NCBI GenBank assembly: GCA_024679065.1
Contig: JAGIQG010000014.1
Coordinates: 66,278,001-66,342,000, forward strand
Length of the DNA: 64,000 bases
Source of the DNA: Sphyrna mokarran
Taxonomy: Eukaryota
Direction: 5' to 3'
This document shows positions 1-13,996 of this stretch, piece after piece (the first letter of the stretch is position 1; each line of letters begins with the position of its first letter). A model generated the notes under the pieces. That model had not been told where the DNA came from. It saw only the letters and a list, made by a program, of their open reading frames with translations, and ran no database searches. The position numbers were made by a program, and so were the translations under genes.

Positions 1-477
1 GGAATGTAAAACTTGAAACACAAACAGATCAGCCATGATCTTATCGAATAGCAGAGCAGGCTTGAAGGACTGAATGGAACTCTTCTGCTCCTGTCTCATA
101 TTGTCTGTCTTTGTGCATATTCTATGTAATTACATTTTTAAATAATCCATTAGAAACAGTATGCTTTTCTATAGAAGTTTAAATGTAAAAAGACACTTCA
201 CTGAGTCTGAGAAGTAAGTACACAGTGCTGAAGAGAGAACTATCAAGATGGTTAGTCAAAAGCAAATAAGTGAGCATGAAGCAGAGTCATAAAATAGAGG
301 TGGGGAGGTGCAGGGCAGCAATTCCAGGAAGTCAGTTACAGACAGCTGAAGGTTATATTAGTAGGGGATTTCGACTTTGTCAATAGTAATTGCCTTAGTG
401 TGAAAGGATTAGACAGGGTGGAATTATTAAAGGAGATCTTTTTGAGCCAATACATAGATGGTCCTCTTAGGATTTTT

Positions 478-1010
478 GACTTGATTTATTATTGTCACAT
501 GTATTAACATGCAGTGAAAAGTATCGTTTCTTGTGCGCTATACAGACAAAACATACCACTCATAGAGAAGGAAACGAGAGAGTGCAGAATGTAGTGTTAC
601 AGTCATAGTTAGGGTGGATAGAAAGCTCAACTTACTGCAAGGTAGGTCCATTCAAAAGCCTGACAGCAGCAGAGAGGACGCTGTTCTTGAGTTGGTTGGT
701 ACATGACCTCAGGCTTTTGTATCTTCTTCCCAAAGGAAGAAGTTGGAAGAGAGATTGTCCGAGGTATGTGGGGTCCTTAATTACACTAGCTGTTTTGCTG
801 AGGCAGCTGCAAGTGTAGACTGAGTCAATGGATGGGAGGCTGGTTTGCGTAATGGATTGGGCTACATTCAAGACCTTTTGTAGTTCCTTGTGGTTTTGGG
901 CAGAACAGGAGTCATACCAAGCTGTGATACAATCAGAAAGAATGCTTTCTAAGATGCATCTGTAAAAGCTGGTGAGAGTCATAGCTGAATTTCCTTAGTC
1001 TTCTGAGAAA
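478..1010 (-). mobile_element. Rex1/Babar-like LINE 3' fragment
   Basis: ORF 632..982 (FYRCILESILSDCITAWY...LFQLLPLGRRYKS...AVRLLN) matches the C-terminus of Rex-type ORF2; AATAAATCAA-type tail near 480; same family at 43615 and 48345. Confidence 0.8.
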
Positions 1011-1460
1011 GGGATCAAGGGATATAGGAGGAAGCTGGGATCAGGATATTGAATTTGATGAACAGCCATAATCATACTGAGTGGCAAAGCAGGCTAAAAG
1101 GACCAAATGGCCTATTTTGCTTCCATTTTTTATGTCTGTTTCTATGAATGCACAGCAGAGGTATCTAAGGCAAGAGGGCATAGGTTAAGGTGAGGATGAA
1201 ATGGTTTAGAGGAGGCTGAGGAAAAATGTTTTCATCCTGAGGGTAGTGGAAATATGGAATACACTGCCTCTGAGGGTTTGGAGGCACGTGATTACGCAAC
1301 ATTTAAGAAGCATGTGTAGAACCACTTAAATCACCAAAGCATAGTGGGCTGTGGACTAAGTCTGGTAAATAAGATTAGTTTAGATTGGTATTTGATGGTC
1401 AGCATAGACAAGGTGGGCCAAAGAGCCTGTTCCTGTGTTATAAGTCTCTATAATTCTATA
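1010..1460 (+). mobile_element. two decayed CR1-like LINE 3' ends
   Basis: remnants of the CR1 3' end (tggaatacactgcc; gggccaaagagcctgttcctgtg-type tail). Confidence 0.6.
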
Positions 1461-4400
1461 AGTGTATGGCATGACCAGCATCTAAGATGTTAATTAATTT
1501 ACATTCTCAAAGTACCATTTTAACTTTAAAGAATCTTGAATTTTAACCTAAGACATATAACGTTCTTGCGAATTAAAAATGGATGCTTGGAAGGAGTTGT
1601 GGATGCCAGGGTAATGCAATGATATCAACAAAGAATCCAGTCCCACAGCTTAAGAAAAAGCACTGGACATTCTGAAATGATGAAACCAGCAGCATTTACA
1701 AAGGCCGCATTGTGTTGTGTCTGATTTGTGCCTTTTCTGATCTTTCATCTGTTTCATACTGACATTTTCTGCTAGGGTATTGTGTTGCATTCATTTTGTA
1801 GCATTATATCTACCTTGTCCCTTCTGTCATTTTTACCGTCATTTTATAGCTACTCGGGTCTAGCTCATCTAATGGAACAGACGCACCCCTGAGGGCTGCT
1901 CCATTAGTGATTCATTGAGTTTACCCAGTGATCTACTGAGCTATACAGACTAAGGTCAGTGCCCAATTTTGGGGTGTTAACTGATCGCCGTCAGGGTGGC
2001 AACAGGAGAGCAACAGTGTCCTGGAATATGAAGAGAAAAACTGACTGTGTTTAGCAGCCAGTAATTTGTTGGTCACTGGACTTTTGGATGGAGAGGTGAG
2101 CCGAAAACTGATCCACTGCTGCACAAAGCAGAAACCCTGGCTACTTTAAATCCTAATCTAATTTACAAGCTGTCCTTGAAAATCATGTTCATTCAATGAC
2201 ACGGATCAGTTTCTGCTGCTGTCTCACATACAACGTGCATTTGGGAAGGAGAAAGACACTGGGCATGGGAAGCCTTAGTGGAGGTTGTCGAGCAATTACT
2301 GCTCCTGGCTCCACAAAGGAAAGAATAGCTTTTAATTTGAATTAATTTGAATTAATTAGTTTTAATTAACAGTTTTACACAGCATCTTCCAAGGATTGAT
2401 CCTCTGCTGTCCCAGGCCAGCTGAATAAAAACAATGGCTTTGTTCCAGCCATATTATTGTGTCCTTGATGTTGTTAGAAGTGAAATTTGTGCCTGAGATT
2501 TGCAAAAGCTATTCAGGTTGAAGGAGTATCATTAGTCCTCATGAGATACAGAACACAGGAGAATTGACCAAATTTTACAGCGTGCGTTGCAAAGATTAAA
2601 ATAACCCACTAAAAATTTAAGAATACTTTCATTACAGATAAACAGAGCCTTCAGTCTATGTGACTCTCAAGTCTATGAAATGTTTAGCAAGAGGTTGGGG
2701 TTGTAAAATCAGGTTGAAACACATAGACAAGCATACTTCAACTATGTTTCACTTCATGTCAAAGTTAAGACTTTGGTGAAACTTCATGTGCACAAATAAC
2801 CTGGAGCTATTATGTCAACTTCGTTAACTTGGTTGTTTTGGAATACAGAGAAACTAATTCCTCAAGAAGGCAGGATTTTAGAAACATTTTATCAGATAAG
2901 TATTATGTTTAATTCTCCAAACAACAACTTGTAAGAAGTTAGTAATATGACGGACTCTGATTTTTTAATTATTTTCTGTTTCTGGAATGTATGTGATCAG
3001 GAAAGGAAGCAGCTGTTGTATTGTTGATTGTGATCTTTATGACACTTGCAACATCCATGAGTAATGAAAGCATTGAAGGAAGTTGAAAACAGATGTACAA
3101 CATCAAAGCGGTTTCAGTATTTAAACAAACAATTAGATGCCAATTGAATAATTGAAGCTCAAGATGGATTTTAATAGTGCAGTATAAAACTACCCACAAG
3201 ATAGCCTGCACATCTTGGATAAAAAACATTAAAAATATGTTGCAAAGAGTGATATGGTGCTTTCGCCAGTTAATCTATTCAATTTCCAAAGAATATGATT
3301 GGTAAAAGGTTGACTGTTCCTGAAAGATCACATGCATAATTCCCTGTAACATAATTGTGAATAACAAATGTATTGTTAACTATCAAACCTAGCAAAAGCA
3401 TCAGTGTTTAATTTGGGCTTTGAATGCTGTCTCATTATTATTCGCTATGACCATGTCTGAACAGTAGAGTAATTTGTCGCTGTGGAAGTTTCCATTTTAT
3501 AGCGTACTTATGCCAAATGACAGCCCTATGATTCTCTGATATCACTATGCTCTTCTAACTCTGACCTCTTACTTACCTGATTTTCATTTCTCCATAATTA
3601 ACAGCCATATCTTTAGCTATTTAATTCCTAAGCTCCTGAAAGATCTTTGCTTCCTCTATCTCTCTCTCCTCCAGTGACATGCTCCTTAAATTCTGTCTCT
3701 TTGATTTTGGTCATTTGTTCAATCCAGTGACTGTCAATCTTTTGTTTCCAACTGCATTTCTGTAAAGCACCTTGGATAGTTTCCATGAAAAAGCATGATA
3801 TAAATGCAAGTTATTACTATGAAAAAGTAACCCCCATCCACTTTAAGTATGTGTCCTGGCTACCTGCTTAGGGGGACAATTTAAAATTGTGGGTCATTTT
3901 GGTCATGGAAGTAAAGCATTTTTCATTATTTACTGGCCAGGTTTCTACCAGGCGTGTAAGGTTAAACATTTTCTCTCAAATGAAAGCAAAATACTCCAAA
4001 TACTGAAAATCTGAAGTAAAAACAAAGAGTATTGGAGAAACTCAGCAGAAATGGCAGATGCATGAAGAGACGTTCTGACCAGAATCTTACCCCCATTCAC
4101 ACTGGTGAGATTTTCCCATCCTGCTGCAGTAAATGGAGATTTGGCTGCCTGCCACATTCTCCGATTTCACAGCAGTTGGAGTATTGCATGAATGGTAGGC
4201 AAGATCACATCCTGTGAGGCCAAATTGACTGTTTTGAGTCTTACAGCCCTTTCTGTTTATTATTTTAAATTTTTCCCACTCAACCAACTCAGGACTATCT
4301 TGGAAATGAACAATGGCCAATTGTTATGATTCAGGTCAGACACTACAAAGTGTTTTATGGATCCCACCTGGATCATACATCTTCCACTTTGAATTTGGCT

Positions 4401-4866
4401 AGGGTAAGCATGATATGTTTCACCTATGATCCACTGTGCAGCTTTTATCAAACAAATTTTATTTAAGAATATAGTCAACATGTATGGAAAGCAAATTAGC
4501 AAAAACTTTTATCAATTACAAACAAAACCAAAACAACTACAATAATGTATAACCCTTAATAAATATATTTAAGATGTTCCAATCAAACAAAAACTTCCTT
4601 TAGATGAAATCTTTTCACAAATTCGACACAGAAAAAACTAATGTTCATGTGATACTGGCATTGAGTCTTTTGGATGAACGCTGCAGTTCTATCAGTACAC
4701 TCAATTCAGATTGAAGTCAGAACAGCTTCCCTGAACACCAGGGAGAGACTCTGGTCAAGTCACCTACGACAGATTTTCTACTGTAGGAATAAGTCTTGCT
4801 TTCAGCTGACCAGCAGAATTTCCCAAAACTGGGGAGGGGATGGAGGTAGGGGGGTAGGGGGGTATG

Positions 4867-4903
4867 GAGAGAGAGAGAGAAAGAGAGGAAGAGAGAGACA
4901 GAG
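4867..4903. repeat. (GA)n-rich microsatellite
   Basis: gagagagagagagaaagagaggaagagagagacagag. Confidence 0.85.
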
Positions 4904-5961
4904 AGTCACTTTCTAGCTGATGTCCCTTCTAAACCTAAAACCTGTAGCTCACAACCGAAAATGAAAGAGCTCCTGTCGGCTGGCCTGCAAACATTCAATG
5001 CAGGGCCATAAAACTAATTACCAAAGTAAAAACAAACAATCCCCATTTAAGCCACTTAAGGAGAATAAAAGAACTCCTCATAAACAACCCGGCAACAATT
5101 ACATCAGCAAAGTAAAGTACAGAGAGCATGATTTTAAAAAACGCTTTTAAAGGTACGCTAATGTCACACACTTGCAATTAAATAGTGTACAGCGCTGCAA
5201 AGTAATTTATCAGTGACAACTCACTGAATGGAATTTCTAATCCTTGAAAAGTCTATTCTGATCGCTTGCTGCAGGTTCAGACAAACAGTCGCTGGGGAGT
5301 CACTGGCCTAAGGCTGCAGAAAGAATAAGAGCAAATGCTGTCAGTATTACTTTCATATGTACAACCAAGCTGAAGAGTGTCTGATATGTTAGCTGCCGGT
5401 GACAATGCTGAGGGCACTGTGTGAGACTGCTCTATACTATGAAGACATAAATCACATGGCCAATGAAAATACAATTCAGAATTGCCCCTGCACGATTGCT
5501 GTCATTAATGTGCTCAATTTCACATTCCTTATCTTGCTCAGAAGAATTAAAATAGACTGCCTTGCGACAGTCTTAATAAAACAAATACTGAAGCATATGT
5601 TTGCAGTGGATTTAATTTTAATTATAGGCTGGGTTAGGATGCCCTTCAGTAGGCGATCTCTGTTGGCGACAAAGAAGCCCTTGTACTCTGTTCACCTATT
5701 AGCTTTATTAGCAGAAAAATTATTTAATTGAAAGAGATTTAATTACAAAGACAAACAGAACTGTCTTTGGAAATCTCTGTCCTGTAGAGGCATATAGGTA
5801 TATCAGAAAGGGTATTGGAGAAAAATGGGTTTTGCTTTTCGTTAGAATTCTGAGCTGTATGTGATTTCTTTAGTATTTGACATACTTATTGGATGCTATA
5901 GATAGCAATAGACAATCATAAAATGGTGAATTCCATCCAGCAGAAAAGTAATATCTGGCTT

Positions 5962-6313
5962 GGGCAATACAGTGGCACAATGGTTAACATTGCTGCCTCA
6001 CAGTGCCAGGGACCCAGCCTCAATTACAGCCTTGGATGACTGTATGGAGTTTGCACTTTCTCCCTGTGTGTGTGGGGTTTTTTTCTGGTTGATCTGGTTT
6101 CCTCCCACTTTCCAAAGATGTGCAGGTTAGGTGGATTGACCATGCTAAATTGCCCCTTGACGTCATAAATGTATAAGTTAGGGAGATTAGCTATGCAAAT
6201 ATGTAGGGTTACAGGGACTAGGCGGGGGAGAGGAATTGGGTAACATGCTCGGTCCGAGAGTCAATATAGATTCGAAGGACCAAATGGCCTCCTTCTGCAT
6301 TATAGGGATTCTA
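5962..6313 (+). mobile_element. HE1-like V-SINE
   Basis: tRNA-like head (gtggcacaatggttaacattgctgcctcacag), V domain (ggagtttgcac...ggtttcctcccac), CR1-type tail (ccaaatggcctccttctgca...gggattcta). Confidence 0.85.
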
Positions 6314-6519
6314 AGACTTCAGAAACAAACATGAAGCTTGTCTGATAGTCGCAAAAGCTTTGCTGTCGTTGCTGACTGAGTGTGGATTCTGATGTGAGAG
6401 ACCAAAAGCATTGTTTTTTTTGAACAATAATAATTGTACGAAATTATACTGCTGTCTTTCATCTAAATATTAACTGTTGCTGTGTTCTGTTATAGTAACT
6501 GCAAGGTTACTATGCAATA

Positions 6520-8090
6520 GCATTGTGGTATGCCACTGGACTGTGTCTGAGGACACAGGTTCAAGTCTCACCACAGCAGCTGGTGGAATTATAATTCAAT
6601 TAATAAATCTGGAATTGAAAGCTGGCAGCAGAAATGATGATCAGCAAACTGTTGTTGATCGTAAAAGATGATCTGGTTCACTAATGCCATTCGGAGAAAA
6701 AAAATCTACTATCCCGCTGAGGTCTGGCCCACATGTAACTGCAGACCCACAACAATGCATTTGATTCTTAAATTCCTTCTGAAATGGGTTAGCGAGGCAT
6801 TCAGTTGTATAAAACCACTACAGAACAGTCAATAAGGAATGAAATTGGACAACACCTGGCACTGACTTAAACATCAGAAATGACAATGGCATATGTAGCC
6901 CTTTTGGACCAACAATGTCTTTATTAACATCTGTGGGCTTGGAACAGCTGTCCCACAGACTAGGCAAGCAGCAACCAGATATAGTCACACTCACAGACAT
7001 TGTCCCAGAAACTATCTTTATTATGATCTGTCCCACTGATAGAATAGATTTCTAATAGGTGCAATACAGTGGTATAAAAGACAGTTGCCCAGGAAATCTT
7101 AAAACATTGACTCTCGACCCCATTAAGTCTTATGATATCAAGTCAAACATGGGTAAGGTATTGGTCTGCTGATTACCACATATCTTGCCCCTCAGTTGAT
7201 GAATTACTATTTCTCCATGTTATTATCGCTTGGAATAATCATTGAGGACAGGAAGGACACAGAATGTACTCTTGACAGGGGAGTTTAAAGTCTATCATCA
7301 AAAGTATCTTTGTAGCACCACTTCTGGCTAAATCCCCAAAACACTTAACTGCTGGACTTGGTTTGTGTTAGGAAGTGAGAGAAGCAAAAAAGAGTGAAAA
7401 GCATGTCAAGATATTAAAATCATTATGATGCTAGATTCCAGTATTGGATATGATATGGCTCACCTGTATATCATGGGGTTACTTGACTGAGGAGTCAAAG
7501 GTCAGATAGCACATTTAAATATGGATTGTAACAAGTACACAAAGGCCTCGCAATTGTGTGTTTGTACTCTGTTATTAATAAAGTCAGTTTATAGTAATGG
7601 TGTTGGTGATTCTACAACATTAAACATGACAATCCCACCTGACCTCTTCCCCAGCAATTTAGCGGTGGTAGACACATCTGTCTGAGACAGTATTGGTAAG
7701 TGTGAACACTGCACAGTACTTGTGAGGATGTATTGTATTCATTTCAATCTACAACCTCATGGTCCAGCAAATCCCTCCCTCTGCTAACATCATCAAGTTG
7801 GGCAAATTGACCCTGATTAAATGCAGGAAGTGCAGGAAGGCATGGTTGGAACAGTACCAAGCATTCCTGAAAATAGGGTGTCAACCAGATGAAGCAACAA
7901 CGCAGGACTACTTGCATGCCAAACGCATGAGCTCAGTGGTCTCCCAAAGGTCAGAGCAAAGCTGTGTTGTCCTGCCAAGTCCACTTGTGAATGGTAGCAG
8001 AAAGTTAAACAATGAACTGGAAGAAGATGCTCCACAAATATTCCTCTTCTTAATGATGGTAGAGGAAAGCATAAAAGACATGACATGAAG
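6520..8090 (+). mobile_element. decayed CR1/L2-group LINE, 5' region and endonuclease part
   Basis: SINE-like head (ggttcaagtctcaccac) followed by remnants of an endonuclease frame (LSHRLGKQQPDIV...); interrupted around 7404-7631. Confidence 0.55.
7404..7631 (+). mobile_element. possible solo LTR inserted in the LINE
   Basis: TGTCA...TGACA termini, internal AATAAAA near 7577, interrupts the LINE-like sequence; no clear target-site duplication (TSD). Confidence 0.3.
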
Positions 8091-8178
8091 CACTTACAAC
8101 TGTCTGTGTCAGACAAATGATTAAGTGTGTTCAGCTAGCACAATCATAAAGAACCAAATAGTTTCCTACAGTACTGTA

Positions 8179-10060
8179 TAAAGAACAAAGAAAACTACAG
8201 CACGGAACAGGCCCTTTGGCCCTCCAAGCCTGTGCCGATCATGATGCCTGCCTAAAACTGTACACACTTACAGAATCTGTATCCTTCCATTCCCATCCTA
8301 TTCATATATTTGTCAAGTTGCCCCTTAAATGATGCTATCCTCTCTACTCCTACCACCTTTCCAGGCACTGCGTTTCAGACACTCACAACCCTCTATGTAA
8401 AAAGAAAACTTACCTCACATATCTCTGTTAAACTTTTTCCCGTGCAGCTTAAACCAATGTCCCTTAGTACTTTTCTATGCTAGAAAAGAGCATCTGACTA
8501 TCCATTCTATTCCATGTCACTCATAATCTTGTCGACTTCTTTCAGATCACCCTCAGCCTCTGTCGTTCCAGTGAGAACAAAACGAGTTTGTCCAATCATA
8601 GCTAATACCCTCCAAACTAAGTGACATCCTGGTCAATGTTTTCTATTCACACATCCTCTGGTAGTGTGGCAACCAAAATTGTACACAACATCCTAAATGA
8701 AGCCCAACTAAGGTTCTGCACAGCTGCAGCATGACCTGTCAATTTTTACACTCAATGCCCTGACTGATGAAGGCAAGCATGCCATATTGCTTTCTTGGCT
8801 ATCTTATCCATCTATGTTGCCACTTTCAGTGATTGGTGAATATGTATGCCCAGATCTCTGTCTGTTGATAATCTTAAGAGTTCTACCATTTACTGTATAA
8901 TTCCTACATGCTTTGGATGTTCCAAAATACATTATCTAAAACTTGTCCAGATTAAACTCATTTGCCATTTCTCTGCCCAAATCTCCAACTAGTTTATATC
9001 TTGTTATACCTTCTGAGAATCCTCTTCACTATCCACAACTCCACCAATTTTTATGTCATTTGTGAACTTACTAATCAGACCAGCTACATTTTCCTCCAAA
9101 TAATTTATATATACTATGAACAACAAAGGTTCCAGAACTGATGCCTATGGAACCATTAGTCACCGTCTTCCATTCAGTAAAGCATCCCTCTGTTACTACC
9201 CTCTAGCCTCTATGGCCAAGCCAGTTCTATATTCATCTTGCTAACACTCCTCTGATCCTGCGTGACCTCAGCTTTTGTACCAGTCAACCATGAGGTACCT
9301 TGTCAAAGACTTTACTAAAATCCACGTGTACAATATCCATTGCTTTTTCCTCATCTATCATCGTCGTCACTTCCTCGGAAAACTCGATCAAGTTTGTGAG
9401 GCATGATCCCCTTTCACAAAATCATGACATCTATCACCAATAAGTTCACTTGTTTCCAAATATGAGTAAATTCTGTCCTTAAGAACCTTTTCCAATAATT
9501 TCCCTACCACTGACATAAGGCTTACCAGCCTACAATTTCCTGGATTATCCCTGTTGCCCATTTTAAACATTGGCTATCCACCAGTCTTCTGGACTGTCAC
9601 CTGTAGTCAATGAGGATACAGATTTCTGTCAAGACCCCAGCAATTTCTGCCCTTGCGTTCCTTAGTATTCTGAGATAGATCCCATCAGGAAACTTAGCTT
9701 TTTAAGATGCCCAACATCTCCATCTTTTGTGATATCAACATGACCCAAAATATCTGTCCTAAGCTCCTCATCCATCAAGTCCCTCTCTTTAGTGAATATT
9801 GAGGCAAAGTATTCATTTAGTATCTCACCCATTTCCTCTGGTTCCAAGCAACGATTCCCTACACTATCCTTGAGTGGACCAGACCTTTCCCTGGCTACCC
9901 TCTTGCTCTTTACATACACATAAAATGCTTGTGGAGTTTCCTTAGTCCTGATGGCAAGGACTTTTCATGATCCCTTTTAGCCCTCCTAACTTTTTCTTTA
10001 AGTTCCTTCCTACGTTCTTTATGTTCTTCAAGGGCTTCATCTGCCCTAAGTCTTTTAAGT
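8179..10060 (-). mobile_element. CR1 (HER1-like) LINE, 5'-truncated, decayed ORF2
   Basis: ORFs 9388..9570 (GNRDNPGNCRLVSLMSVVGKLLEK) and 9662..9919 (EMGEILNEYFASIFTKE) are CR1 ORF2 pieces; (TGTTCTT)-type tail at 8179. Confidence 0.85.
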
Positions 10061-10185
10061 AAGTTCCTATGATTCTGGATATCAGCAGACTGGCAAATAA
10101 TATGGTCTGGACAGGGTGATCTACTAGTGTCAATGCAACTGAAGAAGGTGTAACCACATTAAGGGAGAAGCAATTTTGTACCTCA

Positions 10186-10496
10186 CCATGATACAATGGC
10201 TAGCATGCTGCCTCACAGCGCCAGGAACTTGGGTTCAATTCTGGCCTCGGGTCACTGTCTGTGTGGTTTGCATATTCTCTCTCTGTCTGAATGGGTTTCC
10301 TCCGGGTGTTCCAGTTTCCTCCCATAGTCCAAAGATGTGTGGGCTCGGTTGATTGGCCATGCTAAATTGATCCTAGTGTCAGGGATATTAGCAGGGTAAA
10401 TATGTGGGGTTATGGGAATAGGGCTTGGGTGGGCTTGTGGTCGGTGCAGACTTGATGGGCCAAATGACCTCCTTCTGCACTGTAGGTATTCTATGA
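10186..10496 (+). mobile_element. HE1-like V-SINE
   Basis: gctgcctcacagcgccagg head, V domain, gatgggccaaatgacctccttctgcactgtag tail. Confidence 0.85.
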
Positions 10497-11539
10497 TACA
10501 CCATGGATAGTCATGCTATAAACAGTTTAGGCCCTACATTCTAGAATTCCCTTCTCACCACCTTCATCTTTTAAGAACCTCCTTAAAACACACAGCTTTG
10601 ATAAAGATGTTTAATCGTACTTTCCCTCTAGCCCATCTCTCCACCACCTTACCACCCTGTATCTCCTTTGGCTTGCCATTTATTTATATCTCATTATGGT
10701 TCTGTGAATGACCATGAAGCAATTTTCTACATTACAGATATTTAATATAATGCAAGTTATTGTGTTGTAACATGCAGCAATTTGTGCTGTCAAAGCCATC
10801 TCTTATTGATTTTGCACTCATAAACACTTCACATTGTTGATTCATCATTTTCACAATGCCCTGTTGTTTTGTGATTCCTCATCTCTTGGTACACCCATCC
10901 TGTGATGCAACAAATGATTTATTAATTTGCAATTCCATTTGCACAAGAAGATTTACAGCCTCTTTTATGCAGAAATATAGGTGAAGTCACATTATGTGTG
11001 GCTGGCATTACTGTGTGATGTAAAATATGTTCTGTATCATTTAAAATGCATATACAGTTTTGTACCTTATTATTCACTAACACGCAGAAACTTCAGTTAT
11101 CCTGTGCATTGCAGCTAACAACAATGTATACAGTTTTGAACTTGAATTTTGTAAATGCTAGCACACTGGTCAGCACCTTTATTTGTATTTGAATGTGCCA
11201 AAATTTGTATTGTAATAATTCACTATTTATTTGAACAACAAAATGGATTGTTATATTGCATCATTCTAATTTTGTCCAGCCTTGTAGTGAACTTTCTGCC
11301 CCACCTCCCTGTGCAGTGTGCTTTGCCCATCATTGGCTGGCAGTGGGATTTTTTGATACCATCCCTGTTGATGGTTTTCCCATTGTCCGCACCTCAGCCG
11401 CTGGGAAAATCAGAAAACTTTGGCCTATATTGTGTGGGATACAATTCGGTCAATTTTCCACAGTAAATCTGATTTGCATTACATAAAGCTCAGATTGTAT
11501 CAGACAAAATCTATAATGTACTGTATTGCTAGAAATGCA

Positions 11540-11890
11540 TAGAAACAAAAAGCAGGAATGGGCCATTCAGCCCTTTGAGCCTGTTCCACGCCATTCATTC
11601 TGATCTTGGCCAATCATTAAATTCAATATCCTACCCTCCTTTCCTCTTATATTCCTTGATCAAGAGCTATATCTAATATCATCTTGAAATCAGACAGCGT
11701 TTTGGCCTCAACTATATTCTGTGGTGATGAATTCATACATTCACCATCCTTTAGGTAAAGAAATTTCTCTTTACCCAGTTTTAAGAGGTTTACACTTTAT
11801 CCTCAACCCGATTCTGGACTCTCCTGCCATTGGGAACATTCTTTCTGAATCTATTCTGTCTAATCCTGTTGGAATTTTATAAATACAATG
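11540..11890 (-). mobile_element. CR1-like LINE 3' fragment
   Basis: reverse complement of CR1 3' UTR (catagaaac...gcaggaatgggccattcagccc). Confidence 0.65.
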
Positions 11891-13337
11891 AGAAAAATAG
11901 TACGGTATGCAGTGTACACACTCTGAGAAATATTTGTTTTTTATATTGAGTAACAGTTCATGATCCCTAGGACAGGGTTTGAATTTTACTATCTGATGTA
12001 CACTCAGACTATAAGAGACATCACCTAAAGATTAGAGCCAGAATGTTTGGAAGTAAAATGAGGAAACATATCTCTACACAATGGATAGATGACGTTTGGA
12101 ACTCTCTTACACAAATAGCAATTGAAGCCACATAATTGTTAATTTTAGATCCGAGATTGTTTCATTAGCCAAAGCTATTAAGGGATATAGGGAAAAGACA
12201 GGTATGTGGAGTTAGATTTTCTCCAGCCTTGAGAAATCTACATCCATGCTCACATAGATTGCTTGAGGTTGCAGCCTCTCTTCTTTAATTTGAAAAGGCT
12301 GTTCCTCAGCTTTTGGTTATGCACCTGATCTTTGGCTACCCGCTGATGAGGAGGGAGGGAGGCATTCTTGTAAGGCTAATCTTGGATCAGGCCAAGGTGG
12401 CCAATGTAAGTCCAGACAGCGCATAATTGAGGGTGTCATCCAATCCAACTGTTTGCCCCTCTTCTGTGGTTATGTCCTTACCTGTGTGTCACTGGAAAGG
12501 GAGCATGGAATGTCCACTGAGGCCTTTCATGACCAGTGGGCAACATAGGGGCTGGAGTGCATCATCAGTCCTGTAAACTCTATTTTTCTATTCACACACA
12601 GAGCTTTTCCCTTTTGTGGAATAGTGAATAAGGAGTGGAAAGATTCCCAAGCTGATTATCAGCCCATTTGGACTGTGTTATGAATGCTCCTTCTGTGGCC
12701 AACAAATACTGATATTGGACTTGATCCTGGAGCTTCTGGTCTAGAGCCAAGGGCACTACCACTGTGCCACAAGACTTCCATAACAACATTTTAATTTAAT
12801 TAGCTAAGTTTCCTTTCAGATTTTGCCTTTTGTTACAGTGTCCCTTTAAGAGGTTACCACTTTAATGTAACAGGATAATTTGATTAATTAGTCCATTTTT
12901 TTTTCTGTTCTATCAAAAGAGTATATGGAGTTAGGCTGTAGATCAGCCATGATCTCATTGATAGCAGAACTGTTTGAAGGTTAAATGGCTAATATTCGTG
13001 CTTATCAGATACTTAGAGTTTGTATTATAATGTACAGTGAGTCTTTGACATTGAACTATGTATTGTTATGAACAAAAAGTAATGCTGCAGTGTAATCTGT
13101 GATCGTATTGCATTGTGCAATATGCAGTTAAGAAGCATGGGTATGCAATATATTGTAGCACTGTTGTGTTGTTTTATTATATTATACAGTGAACAGTTGA
13201 GAAGCAAACGTAACAGAAAATACCTTAGTTCCCTGATCAGGTACAACATACCGAAGTTAGAAAAGTTCGAATAAGTTGGCCTCTGCAGTGAAATAAAACA
13301 CTTCCAACATCTCAACTGCATGCAAGAAAGATTTTGT

Positions 13338-13354
13338 TTTAATTTTTTTTTATT
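13338..13354 (-). terminator. candidate SPARC polyadenylation signals
   Basis: AATAAA at 13349-13354 and ATTAAA at 13338-13343 on the minus strand, about 640 nt after the stop; cleavage site not determinable. Confidence 0.5.
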
Positions 13355-13912
13355 AGAAAGAAAAAATATTGAAAGTGTGCTTCTCATGAGTTAGCGAATA
13401 GCAAAAGGGTACGTTCGAGGTAGACTTTCTCCAACCTGTACGATCACATTCTCATTTTCCAAATCCATGTACATACTTATTAACATTGGCATGTCCAATT
13501 TTCTGCTTTACAATCCACTTTAGGTGAAAAACAAATGACATTAGCACCCCTGCCTTAAATGTAAATCCAACACAACTTTTAACAGCATACTGAAATTAAT
13601 TCTGTAACACCCAGCCATCAAAATACACCAATCACTGTCTACCTGTACAAAGGAGAGAAGCTATGAATCACCTGACTTCTGGACATTAAAGGGCTAATTT
13701 AATACGGATTATTTCCTTCCATGGGCAACAATCTAGATAGTACTATTCTGTTAACACATGCAAAGTTACTCTCTAAATGGACAAGGACACAAAAAAAAAA
13801 CAAAATATGATCGTGATTCAACAATTGAAGGAAGATGTATGTCTTTTTTGTTGACAAGATGTTATTGGAAGCACATGCACTGTGTTACAGTGGTATAGAT
13901 AATAAATGAGAA

Positions 13913-13949
13913 TAGCACCATTAATGTAGTCAGACTCTACATAGCACCA
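13913..13949 (-). promoter_or_regulatory. two miR-29 8mer seed sites in the SPARC 3' UTR
   Basis: + strand TAGCACCA at 13913-13920 and 13942-13949 = UGGUGCUA in the mRNA; miR-29 begins UAGCACCA. Confidence 0.8.
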
Positions 13950-13996
13950 CTACCCGAAGGTAGCAATGGGCAGCAGTAGGCATAGAAACACGAGAG

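Larger units (their letters stand above)
13320..13996 (-). other. SPARC: SPARC 3' UTR (3' end approximate)
   Basis: repeat-free sequence between the TAA stop and the candidate poly(A) signals. Confidence 0.6.

Noticed and set aside
13025-13387. 120-aa minus-strand ORF after SPARC
   Set aside because: Spans the poly(A) signal region, reads through A/T runs, no recognisable homology
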